Positions 32,624 through 42,184 of a stretch of 42,308 nt of DNA are shown piece after piece (within the stretch, counting starts at the first letter, position 1; the number at the start of each line of letters is the position of its first letter). A program made the position numbers and the translations under genes. A model generated the notes under the pieces. The model was given only the letters and a program-made list of their open reading frames with translations. It searched no databases and was not told the DNA's origin. The DNA is from Gemmatimonadota bacterium (GTDB taxonomy: Bacteria > Gemmatimonadota > Gemmatimonadetes > Gemmatimonadales > GWC2-71-9), in NCBI GenBank assembly GCA_036679605.1, contig JAZDCZ010000068.1, positions 1 through 42,308 on the forward strand. Reading direction: 5' to 3'.

Positions 32624-33978
32624 TGGTCACTGTCCTTCTTGAAATTGCGCTTCTTCAGCACGATGGCTTGCTTGAGGATCCAAGTCACTCGGGTACCGGC
32701 CGTCACTTCGACCACCGGGAACGTCTCCTTGGCGAAGTTCAGGTAGAACTGCGAGAGTTGCGTGGCAGCATGGTTGATCCCCTGCCCCACCGCCGTCCCG
32801 GCCAAAAAGCCGGGGCTGGGGACAGTCCACCCTTGTTGCTGGCCGCTGCCGACATTGGTGTTGTAGGACGGCACGGCACTCGGGGCGAGCGCAGAGCCGA
32901 GGCCTGCTGCCATGCCTGTCAGGGCGGCCTGCATCAGCATTGCGCCCTGTTTGTTCACCACTTTCCCCGCCAGGCCGAGGGTGCCGTCCACATCAAGGGC
33001 ATAGGCGCTGATCGCTGCCTCGTAAACCTCGCCTTCTTTGGAGATGCAGCTGATGTGGTCGGCAATCGCGTAGGCGCGCTCCGCGCTCAAGACGGCGGTC
33101 GCTGAGCCCCCCACGAAGCAATTGGCCAAATCCGCCGCCTTCCATGAATTCGGCATGATGGCCAAGCCCTTCACCCGCGATACGAACGGCGCGCCGACGT
33201 TGACGGCCGACATTGCTGTGCCCGCTGCGCCGCCAGCGGAGCCGCTCGGACGGGCATTGACGCCTGACAGCATCACCGCTTCGAGCCCGGTGTACATAGG
33301 CAACACCAAATCCGGCCGCGTCGGTTCTTCGTCGGCGGCGTCCTTGGTAACGGGATCCGCTTGCAGAACGGGCCGTGATGGCTTCATCGGTGCGACTGGT
33401 GCGATTTCGCTCGGTGCCGGCGCCGCGCTGGATGGAGCCGCGTCGCCGGTCTTTGCCGAGCGCGTTCCCGGCTGATCAAAGCTGACCGCATCAGGCAGGT
33501 CCTTGCTCGTCGAGCTGGCGGCCGTGGCGGAGGGGCCAGCTGCCGCCGTTGCGGTGCTGGCACCCGGAACCGCCCCATCGCCGCGATTCAGCACTGTGAT
33601 GTTGGATCCGGGTACTCCACCGGTGGCACGGTCGCGCTGGATATCATCGATTCGCTTGCCAAGCGCCTTGATCTCCGTGGTCAGGTCTTCCAACCCCTGA
33701 TTGCGCGGTGAACTGGGCAGGACATTGTTGACGTTCTGCGTAAATGCAGCAGGCGCTGCTTGGCCAGCGGCACCCGCGGGCGCGGCAACTGAACCAGCCG
33801 GGGCGGCCGGAAGTGCGGCTGCGGAGCTGGGTTGGGCTGGCTGCTGCGTCACGGACCTGTAGGCAATAAAACCTGTGCCGACCACCACGACGGCAATGAT
33901 CAGATTGCGGAACTTCGGGTCCATGTCCCGCCACTCCTGGACCTTATTCTCGATGAACGATGGCAGTTCCATGCTCAT
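32620..33978 (-). CDS. traB: VirB10-like TraB
   Basis: TM, coiled coil, Pro/Ala linker, NCFV..A...LSAERA, ISC, DVDGTLGLAGKVV, FPVVEV.AG. Confidence 0.93.
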   Translation of the reverse strand: MSMELPSFIENKVQEWRDMDPKFRNLIIAVVVVGTGFIAYRSVTQQPAQPSSAAALPAAPAGSVAAPAGAAGQAAPAAFTQNVNNVLPSSPRNQGLEDLTTEIKALGKRIDDIQRDRATGGVPGSNITVLNRGDGAVPGASTATAAAGPSATAASSTSKDLPDAVSFDQPGTRSAKTGDAAPSSAAPAPSEIAPVAPMKPSRPVLQADPVTKDAADEEPTRPDLVLPMYTGLEAVMLSGVNARPSGSAGGAAGTAMSAVNVGAPFVSRVKGLAIMPNSWKAADLANCFVGGSATAVLSAERAYAIADHISCISKEGEVYEAAISAYALDVDGTLGLAGKVVNKQGAMLMQAALTGMAAGLGSALAPSAVPSYNTNVGSGQQQGWTVPSPGFLAGTAVGQGINHAATQLSQFYLNFAKETFPVVEVTAGTRVTWILKQAIVLKKRNFKKDSDQ

Positions 33979-34925
33979 TGGCCCTCGCGTTTGCGGGCGA
34001 GCACGATCACGCGCGTTGCTTCACCGGGCTGAAGGAGCGGACTGGGGAAGATGGAGACTGCCTGGACATTGGGGCCGTCAAACTCTTCTTCACGCAACAG
34101 GGCTCGGGCTTGGCCAGGATTTCGCACCGTGTACACATACAGGTCACCCTCGCGGTCGCTGTAGCGTGCATTCACCGTCACCGCGAGGCCGTTCATCGCG
34201 ATGGGAGGCAGATCAATGTCGACTTGCGAGTATCCGTCCGGGGTGCGATTCAGCGCGATCGCCTCCATCACACTCTGCACCCGCGTGACGTAGTCGTTGC
34301 TGGCACCCTTGGGCTTCTGCCGCCCAGACACCGAGCCGGTGTCATCGGTGACGATGATGCTTTGTGCTGGGATCTGCTTGGGCACGAGCTGCAGGCCGAG
34401 GGCGGGCCCCCCGCCCGGGGGCTCGATGAAGATCTGCCGCGCTTGTGCCGGCAGCGAAGGCCAGTAGACGTAGATGTTGTTGCTCGCCGGCCGACGTTCG
34501 ATCTTGATGTCGCTGGTTTGCACGATGTAGGGATTCTTGAACGGCAGTTGCACCAAGTTGGGCTCATCCACACTCATGTAGACCGTTTTCGAGCCCCCAT
34601 TGGCCCAGCTGACTTTCTGCACGCGGCTGGGGTCTGTGAAGTTGAGGCTTTCTCCCGGCACTTTCAGAACTCCGGGCACGTCGATCTCTTTCGGCGTCGA
34701 CGCCTTGACTGCCACGGTTGGATCCACAGCCAGTGGATCGCGTGTCCTGGCATGGCCATGCCGCGTGGCGCGCGCCTTTGGCGCGGCCGGAGAAGTGGCC
34801 GGTGCAGTTGCCTCCGGCGGTGTAAATCCGACCGTTGCGGGGGCATCGGCCAAGACTGCGCCAGCGACGCAGCTCATTGCAACGCCCAGCAGACCGGCCA
34901 GGTATCGGTGATGTGGTTGCGTCAT
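33975..34925 (-). CDS. traK: TraK outer-membrane core complex protein
   Basis: Signal peptide, PNLVQLPFKNP, LQLVPKQIP, LLQPGEATRVIV; ATGA-coupled to traE. Confidence 0.88.
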   Translation of the reverse strand: MTQPHHRYLAGLLGVAMSCVAGAVLADAPATVGFTPPEATAPATSPAAPKARATRHGHARTRDPLAVDPTVAVKASTPKEIDVPGVLKVPGESLNFTDPSRVQKVSWANGGSKTVYMSVDEPNLVQLPFKNPYIVQTSDIKIERRPASNNIYVYWPSLPAQARQIFIEPPGGGPALGLQLVPKQIPAQSIIVTDDTGSVSGRQKPKGASNDYVTRVQSVMEAIALNRTPDGYSQVDIDLPPIAMNGLAVTVNARYSDREGDLYVYTVRNPGQARALLREEEFDGPNVQAVSIFPSPLLQPGEATRVIVLARKREGQ

Positions 34926-35521
34926 TTCTTCTTCTGAGCCTCGATCCACTGGGAGTTGTGTGCCTTGTCGCCGGGATACGCGATGACGTCGTCGAAGATC
35001 ATCTTGTAGTCGGCAAAGCGCACGGGGTACTCGAAGACATAGAGCTCCGAGGTGTCCTTTGCAGCATTTACGGTGTGCAACTCACCCTTCACAAAAACGC
35101 GACCGAGCTTGTCGTCAGCCTCAAAGCCGCGCAGCACGAAGTAGTAGCTGCCCAGCTCGCGCTGTGCCTTGAGGGTGGCGACCTTCAGGTCAATGGCCTG
35201 GGTTACCTTGGTGTAGGCGTCGGATGACAGAAACGGCTGCAGGAAGGATTTGACGCTGTCTCCGTTGCTCGGATTCAACGAGGCAATCGCATTGGTGACC
35301 GCATAGGCGGTCGCCTGCTTGGCGCCCACGTCCATGCCGTTCCTTTCAATGCGGGCACCGTCCGGCATGCCGGGTACGCGATTGATAATGGCCACATTGG
35401 TGAACATCATCTTGATGGCCAGCAGCAACATTGCGGCGCCAATACAAGCCACACCAAGTGTCAGGCGGCGATTTGATTTGCGGAGATCGGCGACCGACTG
35501 ACTGAGGTTGTCGATGTTCAT
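34922..35521 (-). CDS. traE: TraE
   Basis: N-terminal TM after RKSNRR, SLNPSN, VFVKGEL; L-E-K-B synteny. Confidence 0.85.
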   Translation of the reverse strand: MNIDNLSQSVADLRKSNRRLTLGVACIGAAMLLLAIKMMFTNVAIINRVPGMPDGARIERNGMDVGAKQATAYAVTNAIASLNPSNGDSVKSFLQPFLSSDAYTKVTQAIDLKVATLKAQRELGSYYFVLRGFEADDKLGRVFVKGELHTVNAAKDTSELYVFEYPVRFADYKMIFDDVIAYPGDKAHNSQWIEAQKKK

Positions 35522-35895
35522 GTAAGGTCCTGAGAAGCAGAGCGTGCCGCCTGCGCTTGCACCAGTCGGCGCGAGCCACGGTTGATAATTGCCGCGTCCC
35601 CGACATAGCGGGTCCGCTGCGAAGGAAAGGCGCCGGAGTACCCACGAATGCCAAAGCGGAACAGCCACGCCTGCACGAAGCCGGGCAGCAGGTCATCGCG
35701 CCAATCGATGTAAAGCTTGTTCAGGTGGTAGCCGCCAAAGGGAATGACCAAGTACGCCCAAGTCCCCCAGAGCTTGCCTGCGACGATGGCGACAAGGACG
35801 CTGATGATGAGGATGTAGGTGTCCTGAAACTCGACCCCCAGGAATGCGCTCTCCGCGCCCCCGTGCTTTGGGATGTGAAACCTCTTACTCGACAC
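35518..35895 (-). CDS. traL: TraL
   Basis: GTG after AGGAGG; IPKH...FLG....D, two TMs, PGFVQAWLFRFG pattern. Confidence 0.8.
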   Translation of the reverse strand: MSSKRFHIPKHGGAESAFLGVEFQDTYILIISVLVAIVAGKLWGTWAYLVIPFGGYHLNKLYIDWRDDLLPGFVQAWLFRFGIRGYSGAFPSQRTRYVGDAAIINRGSRRLVQAQAARSASQDLT

Positions 35896-36346
35896 GATTC
35901 GCCTCCTGGTTCCAACACACCAAGTGCTCCTGCCAATCCGTTGCACCAGCAAACGGCAGGCGGGGAACGCAAATCTTCTGGCCAGCAACGACCACTTTTG
36001 GCCAGTTCAGCACCCGGTGCGGACGTGCGTGAGGACGCGTGGTACGTGCGGGAACTTGATTGAGCGCAGCGAGTTGGTTCTGGCGCATGTGCCAAAGGGC
36101 GGCCTCTTCTTGTGCGCTGAAGAAGTCATAGGACTGGCGCGATGGCTTGCCGAGCATGAAGCGTTGCGCGGGGCGACCGTCGCTCGGTTCAGCGCCATAG
36201 ACGTATTCACCGCCCTGCGTTGAGCGCACGGCTGCGGCTCCTGCTACGTAGGTTCCGCTCTTGACATAGCTGATGTCAGCGTCGGCGGCAGTTCCAAGCG
36301 ACGAAGTCAGCAGCAGGGCAAAGAATGCACAGTAACGAAGGTTCAT
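35885..36346 (-). CDS. exported hypothetical protein (153 aa) preceding traL
   Basis: Signal peptide, C-terminal Cys pair, overlaps the traL start. Confidence 0.7.
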   Translation of the reverse strand: MNLRYCAFFALLLTSSLGTAADADISYVKSGTYVAGAAAVRSTQGGEYVYGAEPSDGRPAQRFMLGKPSRQSYDFFSAQEEAALWHMRQNQLAALNQVPARTTRPHARPHRVLNWPKVVVAGQKICVPRLPFAGATDWQEHLVCWNQEANRVE

Positions 36347-36352
36347 AAATTA

Positions 36353-36381
36353 ATTTTACTCAGTAGCAATACAGAGTGCAA
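36353..36381 (-). promoter_or_regulatory. internal promoter TTGCAC-N17-TAAAAT (predicted leaderless transcript)
   Basis: Fills the 35-nt intergenic gap; the ATG lies 7 nt after the -10. Confidence 0.55.
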
Positions 36382-36882
36382 TTAAAAGCGTTCGCCGTAT
36401 GTCGAGGTGTAGACACGCTTGGCAAACTCGCTGGCTGCGGTCACACGGGAGCCCTGCGCAATGAGCTTCAATGCCTGCGCAAGGCTGAATTCGCCTGCCA
36501 CCTTTGAGAATTCGTTGGGGCTATCGCTCTTGCCGTGACCGACGACAAAGGTGGGGGCGCCGACCACCTTGTATCGGCGCGTGAGGACGGGATCCACGAT
36601 CCAGCGGGCGGGTTTCTGTTGGCAACAGATGTTGTTGATCTCGGCGGCGAAGGTCTGGGTAGAAACCAGCGTGTCCTCAGTGCCACCAAATCCTGTGAGC
36701 ACAATGACGGCCTGTGCCTGACTTGCTTCGCGTGCCAACTCGACCAGCGACTGACGAGGCATCTTCGTCGACACGAAGATGAAGGTGTTCCAGCGAGCTG
36801 TCATCGCGTCCAGGAGTGGCGTCTGCGCAGTGGCGCACAGCGACGGGGCAGCCAGAGTAATGAGTGCGATTAAACGTTTCAT
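36382..36882 (-). CDS. trbC: F-type pilus assembly protein TrbC
   Basis: FVSTKMP..SL, VLTGF, VDPVL.RRY.V..APTFV, V.GEFSL..AL. Confidence 0.88.
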   Translation of the reverse strand: MKRLIALITLAAPSLCATAQTPLLDAMTARWNTFIFVSTKMPRQSLVELAREASQAQAVIVLTGFGGTEDTLVSTQTFAAEINNICCQQKPARWIVDPVLTRRYKVVGAPTFVVGHGKSDSPNEFSKVAGEFSLAQALKLIAQGSRVTAASEFAKRVYTSTYGERF

Positions 36883-36891
36883 CGTGAACCC

Positions 36892-37920
36892 TCAGTTCGC
36901 CAACGACATCGTTGCGCAGCAGTCCTTGCGCTGGAAGATGAAGTAGCCATAGTCCTTGTCCTGCGGACGCGAAGCGCCTGTCTCCTGGAAGGCAAGAGGC
37001 CGACCAATGGGTGTGCAGAGGTTGTCGGGGAATGGGAAGATGCGATTCGTCTTGTACTGACGTTTGTCCATCACAAGCTGTGGAAGCCCTAGTGCCCCGC
37101 ACGAACCCAGGGCCTCCTGGCCGGCGGTGGACTGCTGAGTGCCCGCCGCATGCAACTTGGCGAACAGGCGGGCGATCATCAGGTGTGACACCTGCTCCTG
37201 CGAGTTGGCCACCGCGACATTGCCGGTCAGTGGATACATTGGCCCCCAAGCGCCAGCGACCCAGAACAGCGTCGCATAGGGGAAACTGAAGGTTGCGGCG
37301 ATGGCGTCCGGCAGTTCGGCGGCAACGCTTGCAACTCCGGCAAATGGATAGGCATACGGAGTCAGGATGAGTGACAGCGCGTCGTCGTTCCAGGTCGGAT
37401 CGGCCCAGCTGAGGAACGGCACATCGAACGAGCGATTGTCCAAGCACGGATTGGCCACGACAGCGCCAATCGCGGACATCACGGGGTTGATGTACTCGTT
37501 CACGTGCATGAAAGCTGACTTTCGACGGCCGCCAATATGCGCGTTGGTCGTATTGAAGCCACCGTATTCAGCCGCGTTATATGGCGTGTTGATGTCCACC
37601 CCCGCCAGGAGGGGCATGCAGCCGGGCTTGGTCGTGGTGTCGACCATGTAGCGCGGCTCCCAGAATGAAACCGGCGTTCCGATACCAAGGTTGTTGACGC
37701 AGACACAGATGGGCGTCTTGCTTGCGCCGGTGTCGTAGTCGTCGCCTGAGACGCCCAGGTTGAGCAGGCCGCCCATGATTCCAATCGGGAAGATGCAGTC
37801 GTAGCAAACGTCAGTGATCAAGTTCGGGAACTTGCCGTTGCAGATCTGCTGGGCATTTGAGGTGGCCGGCAACCACAGTGCTGATGCCAGCACCAGGACG
37901 AGACGGAACAGGACCTTCAT
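36892..37920 (-). CDS. traU: TraU
   Basis: NLITDVCYDCIFPI, FWEP, WGPMYPLTG, RKDCC. Confidence 0.95.
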   Translation of the reverse strand: MKVLFRLVLVLASALWLPATSNAQQICNGKFPNLITDVCYDCIFPIGIMGGLLNLGVSGDDYDTGASKTPICVCVNNLGIGTPVSFWEPRYMVDTTTKPGCMPLLAGVDINTPYNAAEYGGFNTTNAHIGGRRKSAFMHVNEYINPVMSAIGAVVANPCLDNRSFDVPFLSWADPTWNDDALSLILTPYAYPFAGVASVAAELPDAIAATFSFPYATLFWVAGAWGPMYPLTGNVAVANSQEQVSHLMIARLFAKLHAAGTQQSTAGQEALGSCGALGLPQLVMDKRQYKTNRIFPFPDNLCTPIGRPLAFQETGASRPQDKDYGYFIFQRKDCCATMSLAN

Positions 37921-38579
37921 TGCACACCTCCCATGCCGAACTCGATGGCGAGCTTATCGCCCTGTTGATAGAGGGCGGCGGGCACACTGGACACGTCAAT
38001 GCCGTATAGGCGGGACAGGCTGCTGATGATCATCTTTCTTTGGTCGAGATAGAACGGCACGCCCTTGCCACCACGCCAAGGGGTGTCGCGGTACTTGAGC
38101 CGCATCAGGTAGGCCGAACCTGCTGTCAGAACGATCTTCAGCGGCTCGGCTTGCGAGCGCTTCACCGCATAGGCCACCTGCTGTGGATCGGTCCCATCGA
38201 TAAACAGCAAGCCGTTGGTCAATGGCATCTGCTTCAGTGGCTCCACTACGGTGCCCCGCTTGACGATGACGCGCCCGTCCTGGTCCTTGTAGTCGCTGGG
38301 CACCACAAAGCGGAGAGCACGCAGCTCAGTGCGTACGCGGTAGTCCGTGCGAATGCCCAGCGACGGTGGGTTCTTGATGGTGTCCAGGGTGCGCTCGCGG
38401 TAGTTGCGCCAGAACTGGTCAAGTTCGCCCGTCGCCTCCTTCTTTCGCAAGACATCTTTGAACTGCTCAGCTGCGTCGCGGTCGAGCCGGTAGGTTTGCG
38501 CGCGGGTGCCGAGGTCCTCTGCGCACGCCACGCCGGTGGCGAAGATCGCTGCGGCAACGAGGGGGATGAGGAGATTCAT
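37917..38579 (-). CDS. traW: TraW
   Basis: EDLG..AQTY, LLFIDG.DPQQV, FYLDQ, VPA. Confidence 0.9.
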   Translation of the reverse strand: MNLLIPLVAAAIFATGVACAEDLGTRAQTYRLDRDAAEQFKDVLRKKEATGELDQFWRNYRERTLDTIKNPPSLGIRTDYRVRTELRALRFVVPSDYKDQDGRVIVKRGTVVEPLKQMPLTNGLLFIDGTDPQQVAYAVKRSQAEPLKIVLTAGSAYLMRLKYRDTPWRGGKGVPFYLDQRKMIISSLSRLYGIDVSSVPAALYQQGDKLAIEFGMGGVQ

Positions 38580-39151
38580 TGCTGGATCACCAGTTGGGGC
38601 CGGCTGGCAGCGACCGGCTGGGAAACGGGGGGGGTGGCAGTGCCGTTGCTCACCTGCGCGGGCTGTTGCGTGAGGCGTTGGTACACATCGCGGACGAGCT
38701 GTGCGTAGGCAACACGCGCCCTTTCCTTCTCTGGCTTAATTCCGGCACCGTAGGCACCCACTGCGCGCCAGGTGTCACCGCCATACATGCGCATGAAGTC
38801 GGCGAGCAGAGCACTTCCGACATTGATGTTGGTGCAGGCGTCGTACAGATCCCGCTCATAAATGCCGTACTTCTTCAGCCAACCAAGATGGAACGGCATG
38901 ATCTGCATGACACCGATGGCGCTCGAACGCTCGTTCGTGACTTCAGCGCGATAGTTCGATTCGACCTTGCCGATCGCCAGCAACAGGTTCAGATCCAGCT
39001 TGCGCCGGTTCGAGGCATGCTGAAAGCACGCATGGGTGAGCGCCGGAACCCGGACGTGCGGCCGGGTGGGCAGCGGTTCGCCGTTCGCGGCGGGGCTCAA
39101 CAGCAAGCAAGCGGCGACGGGGAGGAGCAAGCGCAACGCGGCCGGTACCAT
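38576..39151 (-). CDS. lytic transglycosylase (VirB1/SLT family)
   Basis: AIGKVES, GVMQI, DACTNI.VG, AVGAY motifs. Confidence 0.92.
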   Translation of the reverse strand: MVPAALRLLLPVAACLLLSPAANGEPLPTRPHVRVPALTHACFQHASNRRKLDLNLLLAIGKVESNYRAEVTNERSSAIGVMQIMPFHLGWLKKYGIYERDLYDACTNINVGSALLADFMRMYGGDTWRAVGAYGAGIKPEKERARVAYAQLVRDVYQRLTQQPAQVSNGTATPPVSQPVAASRPQLVIQQ

Positions 39152-39157
39152 TCGGGG

Positions 39158-39415
39158 TCAGTCGAGATGGCGTTGAAGTCGCTGAGCAGCCACGCGCGTC
39201 AAAGCAAACAGGCCCAATGCGACCTCCACGCTCATTGCCGCGAACGCCAAATAGAACGCTGCAGCGACGATCAGCGGACCGAGCGGCCCCAGTTCTGATG
39301 CTGTGGCGAGCATCAAAAGGACAGTGCAGACCGTGGCTAGTACGCAGGCGTGCAGCACGCTGTAGCGGCCTTGCGAAGCAACGATTGCAGCGAACTTGGC
39401 AAGCTGCTTCTTCAT
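39158..39415 (-). CDS. small inner-membrane protein (85 aa)
   Basis: Two hydrophobic segments; ATGA-coupled to dsbC. Confidence 0.65.
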   Translation of the reverse strand: MKKQLAKFAAIVASQGRYSVLHACVLATVCTVLLMLATASELGPLGPLIVAAAFYLAFAAMSVEVALGLFALTRVAAQRLQRHLD

Positions 39416-40188
39416 TTGGCGGCGCTCCGGGTTGTGCTATGGGACGAAGTGAGTTGAGCCTCGATCCGCTCTGCTGAAATGGCACCCGGAACCACCGTGC
39501 CGTCTTCAAACACGAGCGCTGGAGTGCCCGCAATGTTCCACTTCTCGCCAAAGGCCAAATTGCGTGCGATTGGGTTCGGGCAGGTCGGTTGCTCCGGTTG
39601 GCCGTGCTTGCGTAGGTAGTCGCGCCAAGCCGGGACCAGAGCGTTCGCTGGCACTTGGTGCGCGATGTTCTGGTAGTCGCGCCAGGCCTGTGCTCGATCG
39701 GCTTGACACCAGATCGCCTCCGAGACGCCCGGCGCGTTCGGGTGCAGCTGCGCAAGCGGGAACGGGAAGACATAGATCGTCACATCGGTCAGCTTCACCA
39801 AGCTGTCTTCCAGCATGCGGCAGTAAGGGCAGTCCGGATCCGAGAACACGTAGAGACGTCGGGCCCCGTTGCCGAACTTAATGGCGTCCTTCAACGCCAG
39901 TTGGGCCACGTCGATCTTGGGCCGGTTAGCTTCCTCAAGGGCGGCTGTCAGGGACCGGTTGGTCTTGAGGTCAATCACGTTGCCCGATACAAGCACCGAG
40001 AAATCGTCGCGTATGAAGAAGATCTCCTTGCCTTTGACTACGGAATGAAATCCCGGGAAGGCCGCTTCCACCTTGGCGCCTTGAGCCGAAGGAAAGCGTT
40101 TGAAGAACTCTTCGTTGAAGCCGGCGTAGCTTGCTGCAGCGTGTGTGGCGCAAATCAGCGCCAAGGTGGCGGTTCGGAACAAACGCAT
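39412..40188 (-). CDS. dsbC: disulfide isomerase DsbC family
   Basis: Signal peptide, dimerization domain, FSDPDCPYC, HP, IWC, GTP. Confidence 0.92.
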   Translation of the reverse strand: MRLFRTATLALICATHAAASYAGFNEEFFKRFPSAQGAKVEAAFPGFHSVVKGKEIFFIRDDFSVLVSGNVIDLKTNRSLTAALEEANRPKIDVAQLALKDAIKFGNGARRLYVFSDPDCPYCRMLEDSLVKLTDVTIYVFPFPLAQLHPNAPGVSEAIWCQADRAQAWRDYQNIAHQVPANALVPAWRDYLRKHGQPEQPTCPNPIARNLAFGEKWNIAGTPALVFEDGTVVPGAISAERIEAQLTSSHSTTRSAAK

Positions 40189-40284
40189 AGATCCTCTACT
40201 AGGTGGTTGGCAGCGGGTGCAACTGCACGGCGGAAACCGTCGACAGACGCGACCCAACTGTTCAGGACGGAAAGGCGAGCACGC

Positions 40285-40614
40285 CTAAGGCAGGTAGTTG
40301 TTGAACACCACGGCCCCGTACACCAGAGCTACGGTGGAAAGGCAGACCACGAATTCGGTGTCGTAGATGCCCTTGTGCTTGCGCCAGTAAAGGAAGCCGG
40401 CCAGCAAGCTGACGATCAGAATGGACTTGATCGAGGAAAGGGCCGCCGAGAAGCCGATCCACTGCCCGAGCCAGTTGATGAGCTTGTTGGTTTCGAGACG
40501 ATTCTCTGCGGCGCTGAGTGTGCTGTGCCAATCGAGCATCTGGAGCACGCCAACGACGGCAAGCAGTGCTGGCACACGGTTGGCTGTGGTGCATTTCGCG
40601 GCGGTGTTCTTCAA
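40285..40614 (-). CDS. small 3-TM membrane protein (DUF5658-like)
   Basis: LQMLDWHST...ETN.LI.WL...K pattern; TTG start after GAGGGG. Confidence 0.6.
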   Translation of the reverse strand: MKNTAAKCTTANRVPALLAVVGVLQMLDWHSTLSAAENRLETNKLINWLGQWIGFSAALSSIKSILIVSLLAGFLYWRKHKGIYDTEFVVCLSTVALVYGAVVFNNYLP

Positions 40615-40666
40615 GGAATTCCCCTCATCTCGGGAGCTGGCCGTTTCTTCCCGCTGGCCAGCGCTA

Positions 40667-40697
40667 AACTTGAATCAAGTTCGGGGGTGAGTATAAT
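40667..40697 (+). promoter_or_regulatory. promoter TTGAAT-N16-TATAAT overlapped by inverted repeat AACTTGA-A-TCAAGTT; overlapping minus-strand -10 TATACT
   Basis: Read directly in the AT-rich divergent region between the tra operon and the zeta-like gene. Confidence 0.55.
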
Positions 40698-40930
40698 TTA
40701 TTTTCAAAGGAAAGGAATTCTAGTTGCCGCATTACAACCGTTGATTTAATCATCTCCCTCCTTTAGTGGGGCCATCCATTGGCAGGGTGCATTGCCGATG
40801 CCCACAATCAATTCAATTAAATTATGTGAAACGTAGCTGTCGTACCTCATCTGGTCGGCAGCGCACTGCCGTGCAAGCGATGCAAACAGTTGCCGTAAAC
40901 CACCCGAAAACCTAAGCCACGAGGGGCTTC

Positions 40931-42184
40931 ATGAGGCTTGAGAACATCCGCTACAAGCATTTCGAGGAACCTGATCGCATGGAGGTACAGCGCCACGCGA
41001 TCGAGGCCGCTACGCAGGATCCAGGGAGGATCATCGGCGAGTACCGACAGGATCCGCGGTCTTTTGATGGGCGGTATGTCGCCGCAGATTTATTCAAGGA
41101 GATGTTCGCGGAGTACAGAGAATCAGCAGAAAGTCGGAATCGATACAACAATGCAGTTCACAATTCCGCCGCTGTTCTGGCATCTGCACTCTATGGCGAA
41201 AACCTCTCCGCCCCACGAGAGGAGGGGCGCGGAACGGTCTACCTGCTGAGTGGCTCTCCGGGAGCTGGCAAGACGTCGATGGTCTTGAAGCAGAACGTCC
41301 TGCCAGCGGACGCACTCATGGTGTACGAAGGGCAACTGTCCAACTTTGACACCAGTCGGGAAAAGATCGAAAGAGCGATCGCAGCCGGCGCTCGTCCACA
41401 CATCATCGTTGTCCATGCGCGGTCTGAGGAAGCCCTGGACAACACTCTGCGTAGGTACTACGAGGAAGGAAGAGGCTCAAGCATCGCCACCATCGCGCAG
41501 ATTCAAGGGGGACTGCCCGACAGCATCCAGCAGCTCGCAACCCAGTTTGGCAATGCCCTGATGCTGGATATCATAGATGTCCGGGATCGGGCCAACCCCG
41601 TTCACCTGCGGGGTTTCGACAATATCGACGTCCTTAGATCGGAAGGCACAAATGAGCACATCAAACAACGACTCCAAGCCCGCATCGACGAACTCCGAGA
41701 CGGTAACCGGATCTCAGACGGAGCCTACCGGCAAGCGGCAGGACAAGCCCCAGGACAGCGCGTCAACGTGGATCGGGAACGCGATCCGCGGAATCCAGGA
41801 AATGAACGAGAGCGAGTCAGCGCGCAAGGAAGTCGCGAATCGGCTGTTCTGAGTGCGGATGGAGCTTCATCGGTGCGGGGCGTGCAGCGACAGCAAAGCG
41901 CACTTCGCATCACAGATTCCAAGCTCGCGCAGGGAAAGGTAGCCGGCCAGGTCATCGAGATCACCGACACCCATGTGTTGGTCCAAACAGGTCGCAATGA
42001 TGCAGTCCGGTTCGCGCGCAGCGAACTGAGCGGGGCAGTCCGCAACGGACAGCGTATCGAGCTCGAATTCAAGGCTGCAGATCAGCAGCACGCCCACCAA
42101 CAAAGCAAGCAGTCTGTTGACCAATCGCGCCAGCGCGAGATCCAGCAGGTGCGCTCGCACAAGCAGGGCTTCGATGGGCCATAG
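40931..42184 (+). CDS. zeta-toxin-like P-loop kinase with C-terminal KfrB/OB-like domain
   Basis: YVAADLFKE, VHNSAAVLA, GSPGAGKT, YEGQL, RRY.EEGR; C-terminal GQVIEI...HVLVQTGRNDAVRF.RS.L; GAGGGG SD. Confidence 0.8.
   Translation: MRLENIRYKHFEEPDRMEVQRHAIEAATQDPGRIIGEYRQDPRSFDGRYVAADLFKEMFAEYRESAESRNRYNNAVHNSAAVLASALYGENLSAPREEGRGTVYLLSGSPGAGKTSMVLKQNVLPADALMVYEGQLSNFDTSREKIERAIAAGARPHIIVVHARSEEALDNTLRRYYEEGRGSSIATIAQIQGGLPDSIQQLATQFGNALMLDIIDVRDRANPVHLRGFDNIDVLRSEGTNEHIKQRLQARIDELRDGNRISDGAYRQAAGQAPGQRVNVDRERDPRNPGNERERVSAQGSRESAVLSADGASSVRGVQRQQSALRITDSKLAQGKVAGQVIEITDTHVLVQTGRNDAVRFARSELSGAVRNGQRIELEFKAADQQHAHQQSKQSVDQSRQREIQQVRSHKQGFDGP

Noticed and set aside
33960..40749. Long alternative ORFs such as 33960..34937, 39655..40749, 36677..37447 and 38943..39773
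   Set aside because: They overlap well-supported tra genes on the other strand or frame; shadow ORFs
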